Of a stretch of DNA of 64,000 nucleotides, positions 9,818 to 20,627 are shown one piece after another. The DNA is from Candidatus Rokuibacteriota bacterium (lineage in GTDB: Bacteria > Methylomirabilota > Methylomirabilia > Rokubacteriales > DASRDR01), in contig JBIOTN010000067.1 of the NCBI GenBank assembly GCA_044866005.1, forward strand, positions 1-64,000, written 5' to 3'. The position numbers were made by a program, and so were the translations under genes. Under the pieces are notes generated by a model that made no database searches, was not told where the DNA came from, and saw nothing but the letters and a program-made list of their open reading frames with translations. Each line of letters starts with the position of its first letter. The stretch's first letter is position 1.

Positions 9818-11809
9818 TCACCAGGGACGGGCGGCCGCCTGGTCGACGATCCGCTGAACGTCCTCCGAGAGGAGATAGCCGCGCTGCTCCAGGGCCGCGG
9901 CCGCCTGGCGGACCCCACCCACGTAGTCGTCCCGGTCCCGGTACCGCTCGGCGAGCGCCGGCCGCGGATCCCCCTTCGCCTCGCGCTCGGCTCGCGTGCG
10001 CGCGAACGGAATGAAGGAGCCGTCCAGGTAGCAGAGCTCGCCCGCCCCGCCGGCGTCGGGGGCGCGCACCGCCCAGCCGGTCGCCGTCCCGACCGGCACG
10101 GCGATGTCCGGGAGCCGGATGCCGGCGACTTCGTTTCCGTCTGCGTCGACCTTCGGCACCCGGACGCCGTACGCCTCGGCGCGCGGCTCGGGCAACACCC
10201 GGCCGATGATCCCCCGCTCGTACTCCGCCCCGTAGTCGAGCGGCATGCGGCGACTCGGCCCGGAGGGAAGCGTCACATCCGGGAGTCGGGGGAAGCCGAG
10301 GCCGTCCATCCCGACCAGCGAGCCGTCCGCGATGCGTGGATGCAGGCTGGGCGGCGGTGCGCTGCCGTCCTTCACCCACCGGTCCAGGGCCAGCGCGAGC
10401 GCGCGGAGTGCGGGACGGAGATCGACGGGATTGTGCGGCAGGGCGCAGACGTCCTTCGGCATGGTCGGGAACCCGACGTGCTGCGTGCTGGCCACGAGGT
10501 AGAGCCGAACCGAGTCCGGCGGCGTCCCGTCCCGCTGGCCCAGCGGGTCGGTCGTCGCCAGCGAGCCGCCCGATTGCCAGTGTTCGGTCGAGCTGAGGGT
10601 GTGGATGACCTTCGGGCAGTTGCCGCGCGCCGCGCACCGCGCGAGCAGCCCGTCGACCTTTCCGGTCAGCGGGTCGGTCTGGGTCTCGTACGCGAAGGGG
10701 AAGCTCACGTCCGGGTAGAACATGAAGCCGTGGGCGATGTGGGTCATCCGGTTGGGTTGGGCGAACCGGTGGTTGAGGAACAGCCGCGCCCCGGCGATGT
10801 GGGGATTGATCCCGTCGAAGACGATGCGGCCGCCCTCGTCTTCGTTGAAGCCGCGGTAGACGAAGTCACGCAGGTAGCGGCCGCTCTGCGAGGTCCCGTG
10901 GGCCAGCGCCCGCTGGATCGCCGGCGCCCCGGCCAGGGCCAGGGGGTTCGGCGCCCCCGCGTCGTCGGACGCCGCCCGACGCAGGAAGGAGACGAGGTCG
11001 CGCGTGGCGGCGAATCCGATGCCGGACACCGGCGGGTCGGCGGCGCGGTAGACGAGCTGGTAGATGGCGCCGATGCGGAACGGGGTGCCGGCGGGCAGCA
11101 GCCGAATCGACTGGGCATCCACGAATTCCCACTGGCTCGGCGCCAGGACGGTGGGGGACGCGGCGTTGCGGTCCCGCACGAGGAGGGTCGCCCGGGCGGG
11201 GTCGGTGCTCGTCGCCCGGAACGTCAGTCGGGCCTGCGTCTCGGTCCGGGTGTTGAAGAGGAACTCGTCCCACACGGTTTCCTCGACGCGCCCGGGCCCG
11301 GCGGTGGCCGCCGGTACGTCGAGCCGGAGGTTGTCGTTCGTCGCCGGCAGGCCCGGGATCCACCCGCTCCACACCACCGTGAAGCCGTGGCGCATCAGGA
11401 AACCGTTCCCCGCATGATCGGCGGTCGTCGGGTCGTTGACGCGCGGCGCGCTGTTGAGCTGTTGGAGGATGATCTTGTTGCCCCGGTTGTTCACGTCGTA
11501 GAAGAGCGCGCCGTTCCCGCGCGCGAGGTCCATCGGCTTGAGGATGTAGAAGTCGGCGGCGTACGCGACCCGTCCGCTCGCGTTCCGGGGCGCGCGGTCC
11601 AGGTCCACGATGTCGCGGTTCAGCGCGTGCGCCGGGTCCAGCTCGCCATGGAAGCGGCCGACGACCTTCTCGTAGGCGCCGGCCGCGCCGAAGACCTGGC
11701 CGGCCGCGAACGGCTCGCGCCGCGTGACCTCGAGTCGGGTCACGCGCGCGTCGGCCTCCATCGCGGCGAGGAGCGTCAGGGCGCAGGCCAGTATCGTGAT
11801 CCGTCTCAC
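9818..11809 (-). CDS. Secreted alpha/beta hydrolase-domain protein
   Basis: Signal peptide, GNGALFYDVNNRG, GTSQSG nucleophile elbow, VDADGNE. Confidence 0.8.
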   Translation of the reverse strand: MRRITILACALTLLAAMEADARVTRLEVTRREPFAAGQVFGAAGAYEKVVGRFHGELDPAHALNRDIVDLDRAPRNASGRVAYAADFYILKPMDLARGNGALFYDVNNRGNKIILQQLNSAPRVNDPTTADHAGNGFLMRHGFTVVWSGWIPGLPATNDNLRLDVPAATAGPGRVEETVWDEFLFNTRTETQARLTFRATSTDPARATLLVRDRNAASPTVLAPSQWEFVDAQSIRLLPAGTPFRIGAIYQLVYRAADPPVSGIGFAATRDLVSFLRRAASDDAGAPNPLALAGAPAIQRALAHGTSQSGRYLRDFVYRGFNEDEGGRIVFDGINPHIAGARLFLNHRFAQPNRMTHIAHGFMFYPDVSFPFAYETQTDPLTGKVDGLLARCAARGNCPKVIHTLSSTEHWQSGGSLATTDPLGQRDGTPPDSVRLYLVASTQHVGFPTMPKDVCALPHNPVDLRPALRALALALDRWVKDGSAPPPSLHPRIADGSLVGMDGLGFPRLPDVTLPSGPSRRMPLDYGAEYERGIIGRVLPEPRAEAYGVRVPKVDADGNEVAGIRLPDIAVPVGTATGWAVRAPDAGGAGELCYLDGSFIPFARTRAEREAKGDPRPALAERYRDRDDYVGGVRQAAAALEQRGYLLSEDVQRIVDQAAARPW

Positions 11810-11863
11810 GGTCCACCTCCCACTGCCTCGCGCGCCGCTGACTTCGTCGCGAGGACCGCCGTC

Positions 11864-12973
11864 TCAGGCCCCGAAGATGACGCGGGTCCCCGTCGACGGC
11901 ATGACGAGCTTCGCCGGCATCTCCCGGTGCACGGCGATGATGGTGTTCAGGCCGGTGCAGTGCATGGGGATGATGTAGTCGGGGTTGATGGCCTTGAACG
12001 CCGCGACGGTCTTGGCGACGATCTCGTCGGGCGCGGGCGCCAGGTGGAAGCCGCCGACCACGGCGTGGACCTTCTCGAGGCCGGTGACCTTCTGGACGTG
12101 GCGGACCGAGTTGATGACGCCGGCGTGGCCGCAGGACGTGATGACGACGAGGCCGCGGTCCTTCACGTGGTACGCGGTGGCGTGCTCGCCCTGAAAGGTG
12201 TCGGGAACCAGCTCGCCGGGCTTGGCCTCGACCTTCGTGGCGCCGAAATGGGTCGCCGAGCAGGCGCCGTCCATCGGCCCCGCGACGAGGCGAGCGGTGG
12301 CGGGGGGCTTCTCGAACTCCGAGATCCTCGGGATCTGCCCCGAGGTGATGGCGTGACCGGCCACGACCATCGGCTGCTTGGCCAGAACGACCTTGAGGCC
12401 GCGCGCCTCGAGCCCCTCGCGGTCGAGCTGCCCCTGGTCCACTGCCGTGCCGGCCGGCGTGACCACCGTGCGGTGGCAGAAGGTGTCCTCGCCACCCGCG
12501 TACAGGGTCAACCCCGGTTTCCACTTGCCTTGCGCCACGAGAGCGATATCGGGCAGCGCGCCGTAGTGGTCGAGGTGGCCGTGACTCAGGATGAGCGCGT
12601 CGGCATTCACGGGCTCCACCTTGAGTACCGCATAGTTGTGCGTGAGGGTCGGCATCCGGTACGCGAAGTCGAGCAGGACCTCGCGCCGCTCGGCGCCGCG
12701 GATCGATTCGAGATGGTAGGCGAGACCGTGCTCGGCCAGGAGCGGACGGCCACCCGGGGGAGGCGTGCGCTGGACGGTGATCGTGTCGAGCTTGCCGCCC
12801 CTGGCGAAGATGTCGTAGATGTTGTCCACGACGTTGGTCATGACGAGGCGGTCCACGATCGGCACGGCGCTCGTCTGCGCGACCGCGACCCCGCCGCGCC
12901 AGCGGCTGACGCCGCCGAGCGCGAGCGTCCCGCCGGCGACCGCGCCGAGCCTGAGGAGTTCCCGTCGAGTCAT
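11864..12973 (-). CDS. Tat-exported MBL-fold metallo-hydrolase
   Basis: MTRRELLRLG, AEHGL, SHGHLDH, SCGHAG, GGFHL, PMHCTG. Confidence 0.85.
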   Translation of the reverse strand: MTRRELLRLGAVAGGTLALGGVSRWRGGVAVAQTSAVPIVDRLVMTNVVDNIYDIFARGGKLDTITVQRTPPPGGRPLLAEHGLAYHLESIRGAERREVLLDFAYRMPTLTHNYAVLKVEPVNADALILSHGHLDHYGALPDIALVAQGKWKPGLTLYAGGEDTFCHRTVVTPAGTAVDQGQLDREGLEARGLKVVLAKQPMVVAGHAITSGQIPRISEFEKPPATARLVAGPMDGACSATHFGATKVEAKPGELVPDTFQGEHATAYHVKDRGLVVITSCGHAGVINSVRHVQKVTGLEKVHAVVGGFHLAPAPDEIVAKTVAAFKAINPDYIIPMHCTGLNTIIAVHREMPAKLVMPSTGTRVIFGA

Positions 12974-12994
12974 GGTCTTTCCTCCTTGCACGCG

Positions 12995-14572
12995 CTAGTT
13001 CGACCCCAGGAACGCCTTCGCCTCGCGGAGCGCCGGCCGCTCGGTGTCGGCCGCGCTCGCCAGGGCCGTGAGCTTCTCGTAGAACGCGCGGGCCGCTGTC
13101 CGGTCGCCGGCCAGCTCGGCGGCCTTCGCGGCGCCGGCCAGCGCGCCGAAGCGCTGAGGCGAGGCCCGGAGGGCGCTCTCGAACTCGCGGAGCGCCTGTG
13201 CCGGCTCGCCCTGCTCCAGGAGGAGCTCGCCGAGCAGCTCGCGCGCGGGGACGATGGGCCCCGGCGTGACCGGGTGCTTCTCCGTCGAGTCCTCGAGGTC
13301 GGCCGCGGCACGCATGAGCCGGCGCGCCTCGTCGTTCTTCCCCTCCGCGCGCGCGACCCACGCGACGGCCGCGAGGCGCTGGATCTCCACCTGCTCCGCC
13401 CAGTACGTCTGCTTGGCCTGCGTGAGGCCGTCGCGCAGCGACCCGAGCCGTTCCGCCGCGGCGCGGGCGCCCGGCAGGTCGCCCCCGCGCGCGGCGCCGA
13501 GCGCGCGCGCGAAGTGCGTGAGCGCCTCGGCGTAGGTGTAGCGACTCGGGGCGGGCGCGAGCGAGGCGGCCTCGCGCCACTGCCGCCGCTCGAGCGCGTA
13601 ACGGGCCGGGATGGCCGCTGCCGCATACGCGGTGGCGAAGGTTTCTTCCCGCTCGGAAACGCCGGCCCTGGAGACGTCGTCGACCAGGCGGGCCGCCGTC
13701 GCGTCCTGCGCCCGCTGGAGGTAGGCATAGGCCATGTAGTCGAGCGCGTGGAAGCGGCCCTGCCCGTCGCCGTGCTGCCGCGCGGCGGTCACGGAGTCGC
13801 GGTTCGTGTCGATCGTCTCCTGCCAGAGCCCGAGGCGGACGAAGATGTGCGAGGGCATGTGGAGGGCGTGAGGCGCCGAGGGCGCGATCCGGGCGTAGCG
13901 CCGCGCCGCGTCCAGGGCGCGCCCGCCGAGCGGCGGGTAATCGTAGCTGTGGATGATGTAGTGCGCGATCCCGGGGTGGTCGGGCTGCTCGGCGAAGACC
14001 CGCTCCAGCATCTCGCCGGCCTTCCGCTGCTTCTCGTAGCCCTTGTCGGTCGGGAGCACGGTCGCGTTCAGCGCGAGCGCGTAGAAGATGGTCGCCTCCC
14101 GATCAGACGAATAGCGGCGCGCCAGCGCCTCCATCGCGCTCTCGTAGGCGAGCGCGCGCGTCCGGTGGTCCAGCCGGTCCGCGTCGCGGTAGAAGGCCTC
14201 GATGGCGGCGATGTAGTCGCGCTCGCGGTCGTTCGTGCCGCCGAGCGCCTTCGCTTTCTCGACCGCGGCGCGCCCCGCGGCGAGCGCCGCGGTCGACGGG
14301 GGCGCCCAGAGCGGGTACCAGTGACTCATGGCGACGCCCCAGTACGCCATGGCGCAGCCGGGATCCTGCTCTGCCACGCCGGTGAAGGCGCGGACGGCGT
14401 CGCGGTACTCGAAGGAGTGGAGGAGCGCGACGGCGCGGTCGAAGGGCTGCTGAACGGCGGGGGCGCACCCGATGGGGAAGTGGACGCGGCCGAGCGTCTC
14501 CTGGGCGGAGACCGCGGCGCCACCGGCCAGCAGCAGCGCGACGAGAACGGATCCGAGCGTTCGTGACCTCAT
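12995..14572 (-). CDS. Secreted TPR-repeat protein
   Basis: Signal peptide, LLHSF, AMAYWG, HPGIAHYIIH, HALHMPSHIF; helical repeats. Confidence 0.8.
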   Translation of the reverse strand: MRSRTLGSVLVALLLAGGAAVSAQETLGRVHFPIGCAPAVQQPFDRAVALLHSFEYRDAVRAFTGVAEQDPGCAMAYWGVAMSHWYPLWAPPSTAALAAGRAAVEKAKALGGTNDRERDYIAAIEAFYRDADRLDHRTRALAYESAMEALARRYSSDREATIFYALALNATVLPTDKGYEKQRKAGEMLERVFAEQPDHPGIAHYIIHSYDYPPLGGRALDAARRYARIAPSAPHALHMPSHIFVRLGLWQETIDTNRDSVTAARQHGDGQGRFHALDYMAYAYLQRAQDATAARLVDDVSRAGVSEREETFATAYAAAAIPARYALERRQWREAASLAPAPSRYTYAEALTHFARALGAARGGDLPGARAAAERLGSLRDGLTQAKQTYWAEQVEIQRLAAVAWVARAEGKNDEARRLMRAAADLEDSTEKHPVTPGPIVPARELLGELLLEQGEPAQALREFESALRASPQRFGALAGAAKAAELAGDRTAARAFYEKLTALASAADTERPALREAKAFLGSN

Positions 14573-14811
14573 GACGCACCTCCCGGTCGGCTCGAGGGCG
14601 GGAAGAGGGACGGGAACGACTCTAGGCCCCGCGGCTCCGGCGTGTCAAGCGGCTCGGGGGGAAGCACGGCTGACTCGCCACCGGCTCGGCGCGGGAACCC
14701 GCCGGCGCCGTTTCTGCAACCCCTTCGCCCTTCCCCTGCGCCCTTGTTGACCCTGGCCGGCGCCGCGCCTAAGATGGGCCGACTTCGCGTTCCCGTCGCT
14801 GGAGCGCCGGC

Positions 14812-17800
14812 ATGCAGTGTGCCCGCTGTCACGTCGAAAACCGCGAGGGCCGCCGCTTCTGTGCCGAGTGCGGCGCGCCGCTTTCGCTCGCCTGCCCCGC
14901 GTGCGGCTTCACGAACGAAGCGGGCGAGAAGTTCTGTGGCGGCTGCGGCCAGCGCCTGGCCGCGCCCGCCGTCGGCGAGCCCACCGCCGCCCCGGGCCGC
15001 GCCGTTTCCCGCGACGACCACCAGCGGCGCATCACCTCCTACACGCCGAAGCACCTCGCCGAGAAGATCCTGAAGGCGCGCTCGGCCCTGGAAGGTGAAC
15101 GCCGCCACGTGAGCGTCCTGTTCGCCGACCTGGCGGGCTTCACGACGCTCGCGGAGCGGCTGGATCCGGAAGACGTACACCAGATCATCGACCGCTGCTT
15201 CGAGTCGATCACCGCGGAGGTGCACCGCTTCGAAGGGACGATCAACCAGTACACGGGGGACGGGGTGATGGCGCTCTTCGGCGCACCCATCGCCCACGAG
15301 GACGGCCCGCGGCGCGCGGTCCACGCGGCGCTGGCAATCCAGCGCGCCGTGCGGGAGGAGAGCCGGAAACTGCAGGCGGAGCGAGGGCTCACGCTCGACC
15401 TGCGCGTGGGAGTCCACACGGGGCCGGTGGTCGTCGGTCGCATCGGGGACGACCTGCGCATGGACTACACGGCGGTCGGCGACACGACCAACCTGGCCGC
15501 CCGGCTCCAACAACTCGCGCGCCCGGGAAGCGTGGTGGTGAGCGAGGCCACCCATCGGCTGGTCGGCGGCTTCTTCGAGACGCGGGACCTCGGCGACGTG
15601 GCGGTGAAGGGGCACGACCCGGTCCGCGCGTTCGAGGTCCTGCGGCCGCGGGGCCGGCGAACCCGACTCGACGTGGCCGTCGAGCGCGGCCTCACACCGC
15701 TCGTCGGCCGATCGCGCGAGCTGGCCATTCTCCTCGACCGGTTCGGGGAGGTCAAGGCGGGGCGGGGGCAGGTCGTCTTCGTCGCCGGCGAGGCCGGGAT
15801 CGGGAAGTCCAGACTCGTGCTGGAGTTCCGGCGGGCGCTGGCTCAAGCGGGAGCCGGCGTGACCTGGCTCGAAGGGCGGTGCGTCTCCTTCGGGCAGTCG
15901 ATCCCCTTTCTGCCCTTGATCGATCAGCTCCGCGAGAACTTCAGAATCGAAGAGTTCGACGGCGAGCCCGAGATCATCGCCAAGGTCGAGCACGGAATGC
16001 GCCGGATGGGCGAGCTGGAGGCGCACATCCCGTACGTGCGGTATCTGCTCGCGGTGGACCCGGGCGACCCGGCGATCTCCGCCATGGACGCCGCGGCGCG
16101 GCGGAAGAGGATGTTCGACGCCTGCCGTGCGCTCGCCATCCGTGGCGCGGCGCTCCGGCCCGTCGTCTTCGTCTTCGAGGACCTCCACTGGATCGACACG
16201 AGCACCGAGGAGTACCTCGGCTCGCTGATGGACTCGGTGGCGGGCGTCCCACTGCTGCTGATCCTCACCTATCGGGTCGGGTACACGCCGCCGTTCGGCG
16301 GCCGGAGCTTCCACACGCCCCTCACCCTCCACAGCCTCTCCGAGACCGAGAGCCTGACGTTGGCCGGGCGGGTCCTCGGCAGCGACGACTTCCCCGACGA
16401 GCTCAAGACCGCGCTGATGGAGAAGGCCGAAGGGGTGCCGCTCTTCGTCGAAGAGGTCACGAAGACACTCCTCGATCTCGGCGTGCTGCGTCGCGAGGAC
16501 GGCGAGTACCGCATGGTGAAGGGCGTATCCGAGGTGAGCGTTCCGGACACCATTCAGGGGATCATCATGGCCCGGTTGGATCGGCTCGGGGAGGACGGGA
16601 AACGGGCGGTCCAGCTCGCGTCGGTCATCGGGCGGCAGTTCCTGGTCCGGCTTCTGGAGCGGATCGCCGGCCTGAGCGGGCGGCTGGAGGGCCTGCTGGC
16701 GGAGCTCAAAGCGCTGGAGATCATCTACGAGCATGCGCTCTTCCCCGAGCCGGCGTACATCTTCAAGCACGCGGTGATCCAGGACGTCGCCTACAACAGC
16801 CTCCTGGTTCAGCGCCGCAAGGAACTCCACAAGGCCGTCGGGTACGCCATCGAGGAGCTGTACGCCGACCGCCTCGCCGAGCACCACGAGGAGCTGGCGC
16901 ACCACTTCGCCCAGGGGGAGGAGTGGCGGAAGGCGATGGAGTACAGCCTGGTGGCCGGGGACAGGGCCGCCCAGAAGTTCGCGAACGCGGAAGCGGCGAA
17001 GCACTACACCCGGACACTGCAGGCGGCCTATGCCGTCTCGCCGGTACCGGAGCCCGAGGTCCTGGCGGGGTTACACGTCAAACACGCGGCGGTGCGCACG
17101 CTCCTGGCCGACTACGAAGGGGCGGTATCGCAGTACGGCGCGGCCCGGGCCCTGATCCAGCAGACCGGCAACCGGAAGCAGGAAGTCGAGATCCTGATGG
17201 GGCTCGGCTTCGCCTACAGCTTTTATCACAAGCCGGAGCCGGCCTTGGAGGCCGTGGACGAGGCCCTCGCCATCGCGCGGGAGATCGACGACCGCAGCTC
17301 GCAGGCCGCCTGCCTCGTCACGCGTGCCGAGGCGGTCGCCTCCGGCTACGGGCGGGTCATCGAGGCGGCGTCGAACATCGAGGAAGCGGTCCGGCTGTCC
17401 GAAGAGATCCCGAACCCGCTCCTGCGGGCGCGGGTGCTCGTCTTCACGGGCCGGATCGTCCAGTGGCGGGGGGAATTCGACCGCGCGATCATGGTGCTGG
17501 AGGAAGGGACCGAGTTCGCGCGCCGCGAGCACTTGGGATTCCTCTTCGGGCTCGGTCTCTTCACGCTCGGACACGCCCACCTGGCGAAGGGCGATTTCGA
17601 AGCGGCCCTTCGGCGCTACCACGAGCTCCGCCACTATGCCGAGGGGGCCGGGGACAAGCTCTACATCGTGCGCGCCCCGAACTGTCTCGCGGGCGCCCAC
17701 CTGGAACTCTACGACCTGGACGAGGCGATCCGTCTGAACGAAGAGGGGGACGACGTGGCGAAGCGGCTCTGGCCCTGGCCGGAGCCGCGCGGCCACTCGC

Positions 17801-18366
17801 TGGTGAAGCTCGGACTGGCCCATCTCTGGCGAGGCGACCACGGCCGCGCGCAACAGGCGTTCCAGCAGGCGTGGGGACTGCTGGAGGACGATCCGTGGGC
17901 CCGCTGGCGCTGGCACGTCCCGCTCCTGGCGGCGCTCGGCGAGATGGCGCTCACCGAGCACCGGCTCGAGGAGGCCTGGGGGCATGCCACTCGTTCCCTG
18001 GAGCTGGCCACCGAGTCGGACTCGCGCAAGCACGTGACCCGGGCTCAGCGTCTTCGAGGCCAGATCCTGGCGGCGCAGGGACGGCTCGAGGACGGGGCAC
18101 GCGCGCTCGAGGTGTCGGTCACGCTGGCCGAAGCCCTGGGGACGCCGCGCGAGGTGTGGATGGGGAAAGCGGCGCTCGCGGACGTGCTGGCGCGACTGGG
18201 CCGGGACAGGGACGCCGAGCGGCTCCTCGCCCAGGCCGCCGGAACGATCGACTCGATCGCGGAAAAGCTCACCACGCCGGGCCTGCGCCGGAGCTTCCTC
18301 GGCGGCGGCCCGGTCCTGGACGTCTACCGAGCGCTGGGGCGCCGCCCGCCTCCGAACGCGCCATGA
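14812..18366 (+). CDS. Class III adenylate/guanylate cyclase with double zinc ribbon, AAA-type ATPase and TPR domains
   Basis: Four CxxC motifs, VLFADLAGFT, YTGDGVMALFG, GDTTNLAARL, GEAGIGKS, FEDLHW. Confidence 0.92.
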   Translation: MQCARCHVENREGRRFCAECGAPLSLACPACGFTNEAGEKFCGGCGQRLAAPAVGEPTAAPGRAVSRDDHQRRITSYTPKHLAEKILKARSALEGERRHVSVLFADLAGFTTLAERLDPEDVHQIIDRCFESITAEVHRFEGTINQYTGDGVMALFGAPIAHEDGPRRAVHAALAIQRAVREESRKLQAERGLTLDLRVGVHTGPVVVGRIGDDLRMDYTAVGDTTNLAARLQQLARPGSVVVSEATHRLVGGFFETRDLGDVAVKGHDPVRAFEVLRPRGRRTRLDVAVERGLTPLVGRSRELAILLDRFGEVKAGRGQVVFVAGEAGIGKSRLVLEFRRALAQAGAGVTWLEGRCVSFGQSIPFLPLIDQLRENFRIEEFDGEPEIIAKVEHGMRRMGELEAHIPYVRYLLAVDPGDPAISAMDAAARRKRMFDACRALAIRGAALRPVVFVFEDLHWIDTSTEEYLGSLMDSVAGVPLLLILTYRVGYTPPFGGRSFHTPLTLHSLSETESLTLAGRVLGSDDFPDELKTALMEKAEGVPLFVEEVTKTLLDLGVLRREDGEYRMVKGVSEVSVPDTIQGIIMARLDRLGEDGKRAVQLASVIGRQFLVRLLERIAGLSGRLEGLLAELKALEIIYEHALFPEPAYIFKHAVIQDVAYNSLLVQRRKELHKAVGYAIEELYADRLAEHHEELAHHFAQGEEWRKAMEYSLVAGDRAAQKFANAEAAKHYTRTLQAAYAVSPVPEPEVLAGLHVKHAAVRTLLADYEGAVSQYGAARALIQQTGNRKQEVEILMGLGFAYSFYHKPEPALEAVDEALAIAREIDDRSSQAACLVTRAEAVASGYGRVIEAASNIEEAVRLSEEIPNPLLRARVLVFTGRIVQWRGEFDRAIMVLEEGTEFARREHLGFLFGLGLFTLGHAHLAKGDFEAALRRYHELRHYAEGAGDKLYIVRAPNCLAGAHLELYDLDEAIRLNEEGDDVAKRLWPWPEPRGHSLVKLGLAHLWRGDHGRAQQAFQQAWGLLEDDPWARWRWHVPLLAALGEMALTEHRLEEAWGHATRSLELATESDSRKHVTRAQRLRGQILAAQGRLEDGARALEVSVTLAEALGTPREVWMGKAALADVLARLGRDRDAERLLAQAAGTIDSIAEKLTTPGLRRSFLGGGPVLDVYRALGRRPPPNAP

Positions 18367-18456
18367 TCCTCCCGCGGGGAGACCCAGAACAGATCGCCGG
18401 TCCGAGAAGCGAGCAGCCCCAGGCGAAAGGGAAGAGGCTCACCGCAGCGGGAGCGA

Positions 18457-18576
18457 GCCGGGCCGAGACCCGAGCAGATCAAGGACGCAGGACCGAGCGC
18501 GGCCGAGGCGTATGCCGCATACGTTGAGGCCGCGCGAAGGCCGAGGACGCCGAGATGCGACGGGTATCGGCCCGGC
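18457..18576 (-). repeat. Structured intergenic repeat family B, copy 2
   Basis: Reverse complement reads gccgggccgatacccgtcgcatctcggcgtcc...ctgctcgggtctcggcccggc. Confidence 0.8.
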
Positions 18577-18584
18577 TGGCCCGG

Positions 18585-20432
18585 CTACGCCATGAAGCGG
18601 TCGTAGCGGCCGTAGTCCCGCGCCGCATCCATGAACCACTGGACGATCTCGGGCCGGGAGCGCGGCGGGATCTCGCACGACGTCGACAGGATGAACGCGG
18701 AGTGGCGCGCGGCCGTGTCCACGCAGCGGCGCACCTCGGCCTCGATCTCGGCCCGGGTGGCGCGCTCGAAGAGCGTCGCGTCCACGTTGCCGATCGCCAC
18801 GACGCGCTTCTTCGCCACGTCCATGAACCGGGCGAGCTGGTCGACCTTGAGGGCGGGGTCCCCCTGCTGGTCGAGGTCGAAGGAGATCGTCGTGAAGCCG
18901 CACTGGATCAGGTCGTCGTAGATCGGGTACGTGGTGCCGCAGATGTGGGTCGTGAGCCCGACCTTCTTCGCCTTGAAGTGCTCGACCAGCTCCTTGTGGT
19001 ACGGGGCGATGAACTCGCGGTAGTTGTCCGGCGAGATCAGGCTGATGGAGGCGGTGGGCTCCGAGAACGAGAGCCCGATCTTGCTCTGCACGATCTCGTC
19101 GCCCCACCGCTTGCAGAACTCCGTGGTGAAGCGCATCAGCTCGTGGATGAAGCCCGGGTCCTCGAACGTGTCGAGGAGCATCACCTCCGGGTTCCGCATC
19201 AGCATGGCGATCGTCCACGGGCCGACCGCGACCGCCCCGACGGCCGTGGGGAGCTTCGCCGCCATCAGGCCCTCGCAGACCTCGAGGAAGGCCGGGAGGC
19301 GTCCGTCCCGCCGCGGGTCCGGGATCTCGAGCGTCGCCAGCTTCGCCTTGTCCTCCTGCAGCACGTGGGTCTCGATCGACGGCACGACGTAGTCGGAGTA
19401 CTTGACCCGGCAGCCGGTCGCCTCGGCCTCCTTGGCCAGGTCGTTGTAGGCGAGCACGACGTCGGGCTGGTGGCGCTCGTAGTAGTTGAGCATCGCCTGC
19501 ACGGCCTTGCCCGGCGTGGTGCAGAACTCTTCGATGGAGAGCCCGTCCAGCGTCCCCGCGTACGAGGCCACGATCGGGTAGACGGGCACGCGGTCGGCGA
19601 ACGAGCGCTTGTAGGCGGCGACGACCCGGTCGCGCCCCGTGTACTGCGCCTTGCCCTTCTCCACGTCCCAGAGCTTGTTGACCTCCATGTACTTCGGGGG
19701 AAGCTTCGCCTCGTACTCCATGAACTGGGTGATGGGATAGCGGATCCCGCCCTTGTGGGTGCCTTCCAGCCCCTCGACGATCTCGCCCATCTTCGCCCAC
19801 GGGATGGTGAAGGCCATCTCGTGGTCCTGCGTCTGCCCGAAGATCCGGTCGCCGGAGCAGGGGAGGATCACCTGCGGCTCGCCGGTCTGCATGGTCGTGA
19901 CGATGATGTCGGCGCAGACGATCCGGCCCTGGAACGACGAGGCGAGCCGGCCGCCGCGCTTCCACAGCGCCGCCTGCGTGAGCCGCATGACCTGGGCCGG
20001 GTTCGCGTAGACGACGACCAGGTCCGGCTCGAACGTCGTGCGGTCGAGCGGGCTGACGAGGAGACAGCTGTACTCGCCCGGCGCGAACTTGTCCACGGCC
20101 GCTTCGGACCGCGCGCCCGCCTCCTTCGTCTCCGTGTACATTCCCTCGCAGAGCGTGCCCGAGGTGTAGAGGTGGGTCGGTTTCTCGAAGCCGAGCGCGG
20201 TGATCCCGAGCGAGCAGATGTGGTCCTCGCGGGTCAGCGCGATCGTCCAGCCGTAGCGCCGCGCCATGTCGATGACCTGGCAGTTCATGGAGAGCTTGCC
20301 GAAGTCGCGGGCGGGTCGCTTCGCCTTCTCGGGGATCGGCTCGCCCGGGCGCAGCATCCGGACCGCGACCGGGAAGGTCTGCGGCCGGAGGTAGGTCTGC
20401 AGGGCCTGGTCGGCGCTCTTGGGGTCCACCAT
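18585..20432 (-). CDS. DUF169-like domain fused to a uroporphyrinogen decarboxylase / MtaA-CmuA-like domain
   Basis: N-terminal YLRPQTFPVAV, VVVYANPAQ, LPCSGDR; C-terminal DRVPVYP, GPWT, THICG, GNVD, FILSTSCEI. Confidence 0.75.
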   Translation of the reverse strand: MVDPKSADQALQTYLRPQTFPVAVRMLRPGEPIPEKAKRPARDFGKLSMNCQVIDMARRYGWTIALTREDHICSLGITALGFEKPTHLYTSGTLCEGMYTETKEAGARSEAAVDKFAPGEYSCLLVSPLDRTTFEPDLVVVYANPAQVMRLTQAALWKRGGRLASSFQGRIVCADIIVTTMQTGEPQVILPCSGDRIFGQTQDHEMAFTIPWAKMGEIVEGLEGTHKGGIRYPITQFMEYEAKLPPKYMEVNKLWDVEKGKAQYTGRDRVVAAYKRSFADRVPVYPIVASYAGTLDGLSIEEFCTTPGKAVQAMLNYYERHQPDVVLAYNDLAKEAEATGCRVKYSDYVVPSIETHVLQEDKAKLATLEIPDPRRDGRLPAFLEVCEGLMAAKLPTAVGAVAVGPWTIAMLMRNPEVMLLDTFEDPGFIHELMRFTTEFCKRWGDEIVQSKIGLSFSEPTASISLISPDNYREFIAPYHKELVEHFKAKKVGLTTHICGTTYPIYDDLIQCGFTTISFDLDQQGDPALKVDQLARFMDVAKKRVVAIGNVDATLFERATRAEIEAEVRRCVDTAARHSAFILSTSCEIPPRSRPEIVQWFMDAARDYGRYDRFMA

Positions 20433-20627
20433 CGACTCTCCTTCGCTTCGCCGCGGCGTCGTTCAAACGCGCGAAATTTCGACTCCGAGCGTACTCGTCG
20501 GCCTCTGCGGTGTCAACCGCGCGCCGCGCTCGAGGCCGCGCACCCGCGCCGGGGAGACCGGTATACTGGGGCGGGGGCGGCCAAGACATCCCGTGCCCGT
20601 TTGCGCGAGCCGGAGAGGAGGAGCGCG

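Noticed and set aside
9389..14566. 1725-aa plus-strand ORF and similar long Arg/Gly/Pro-rich ORFs
   Set aside because: Antisense or off-frame shadows of real genes in high-GC DNA; no recognisable motifs.
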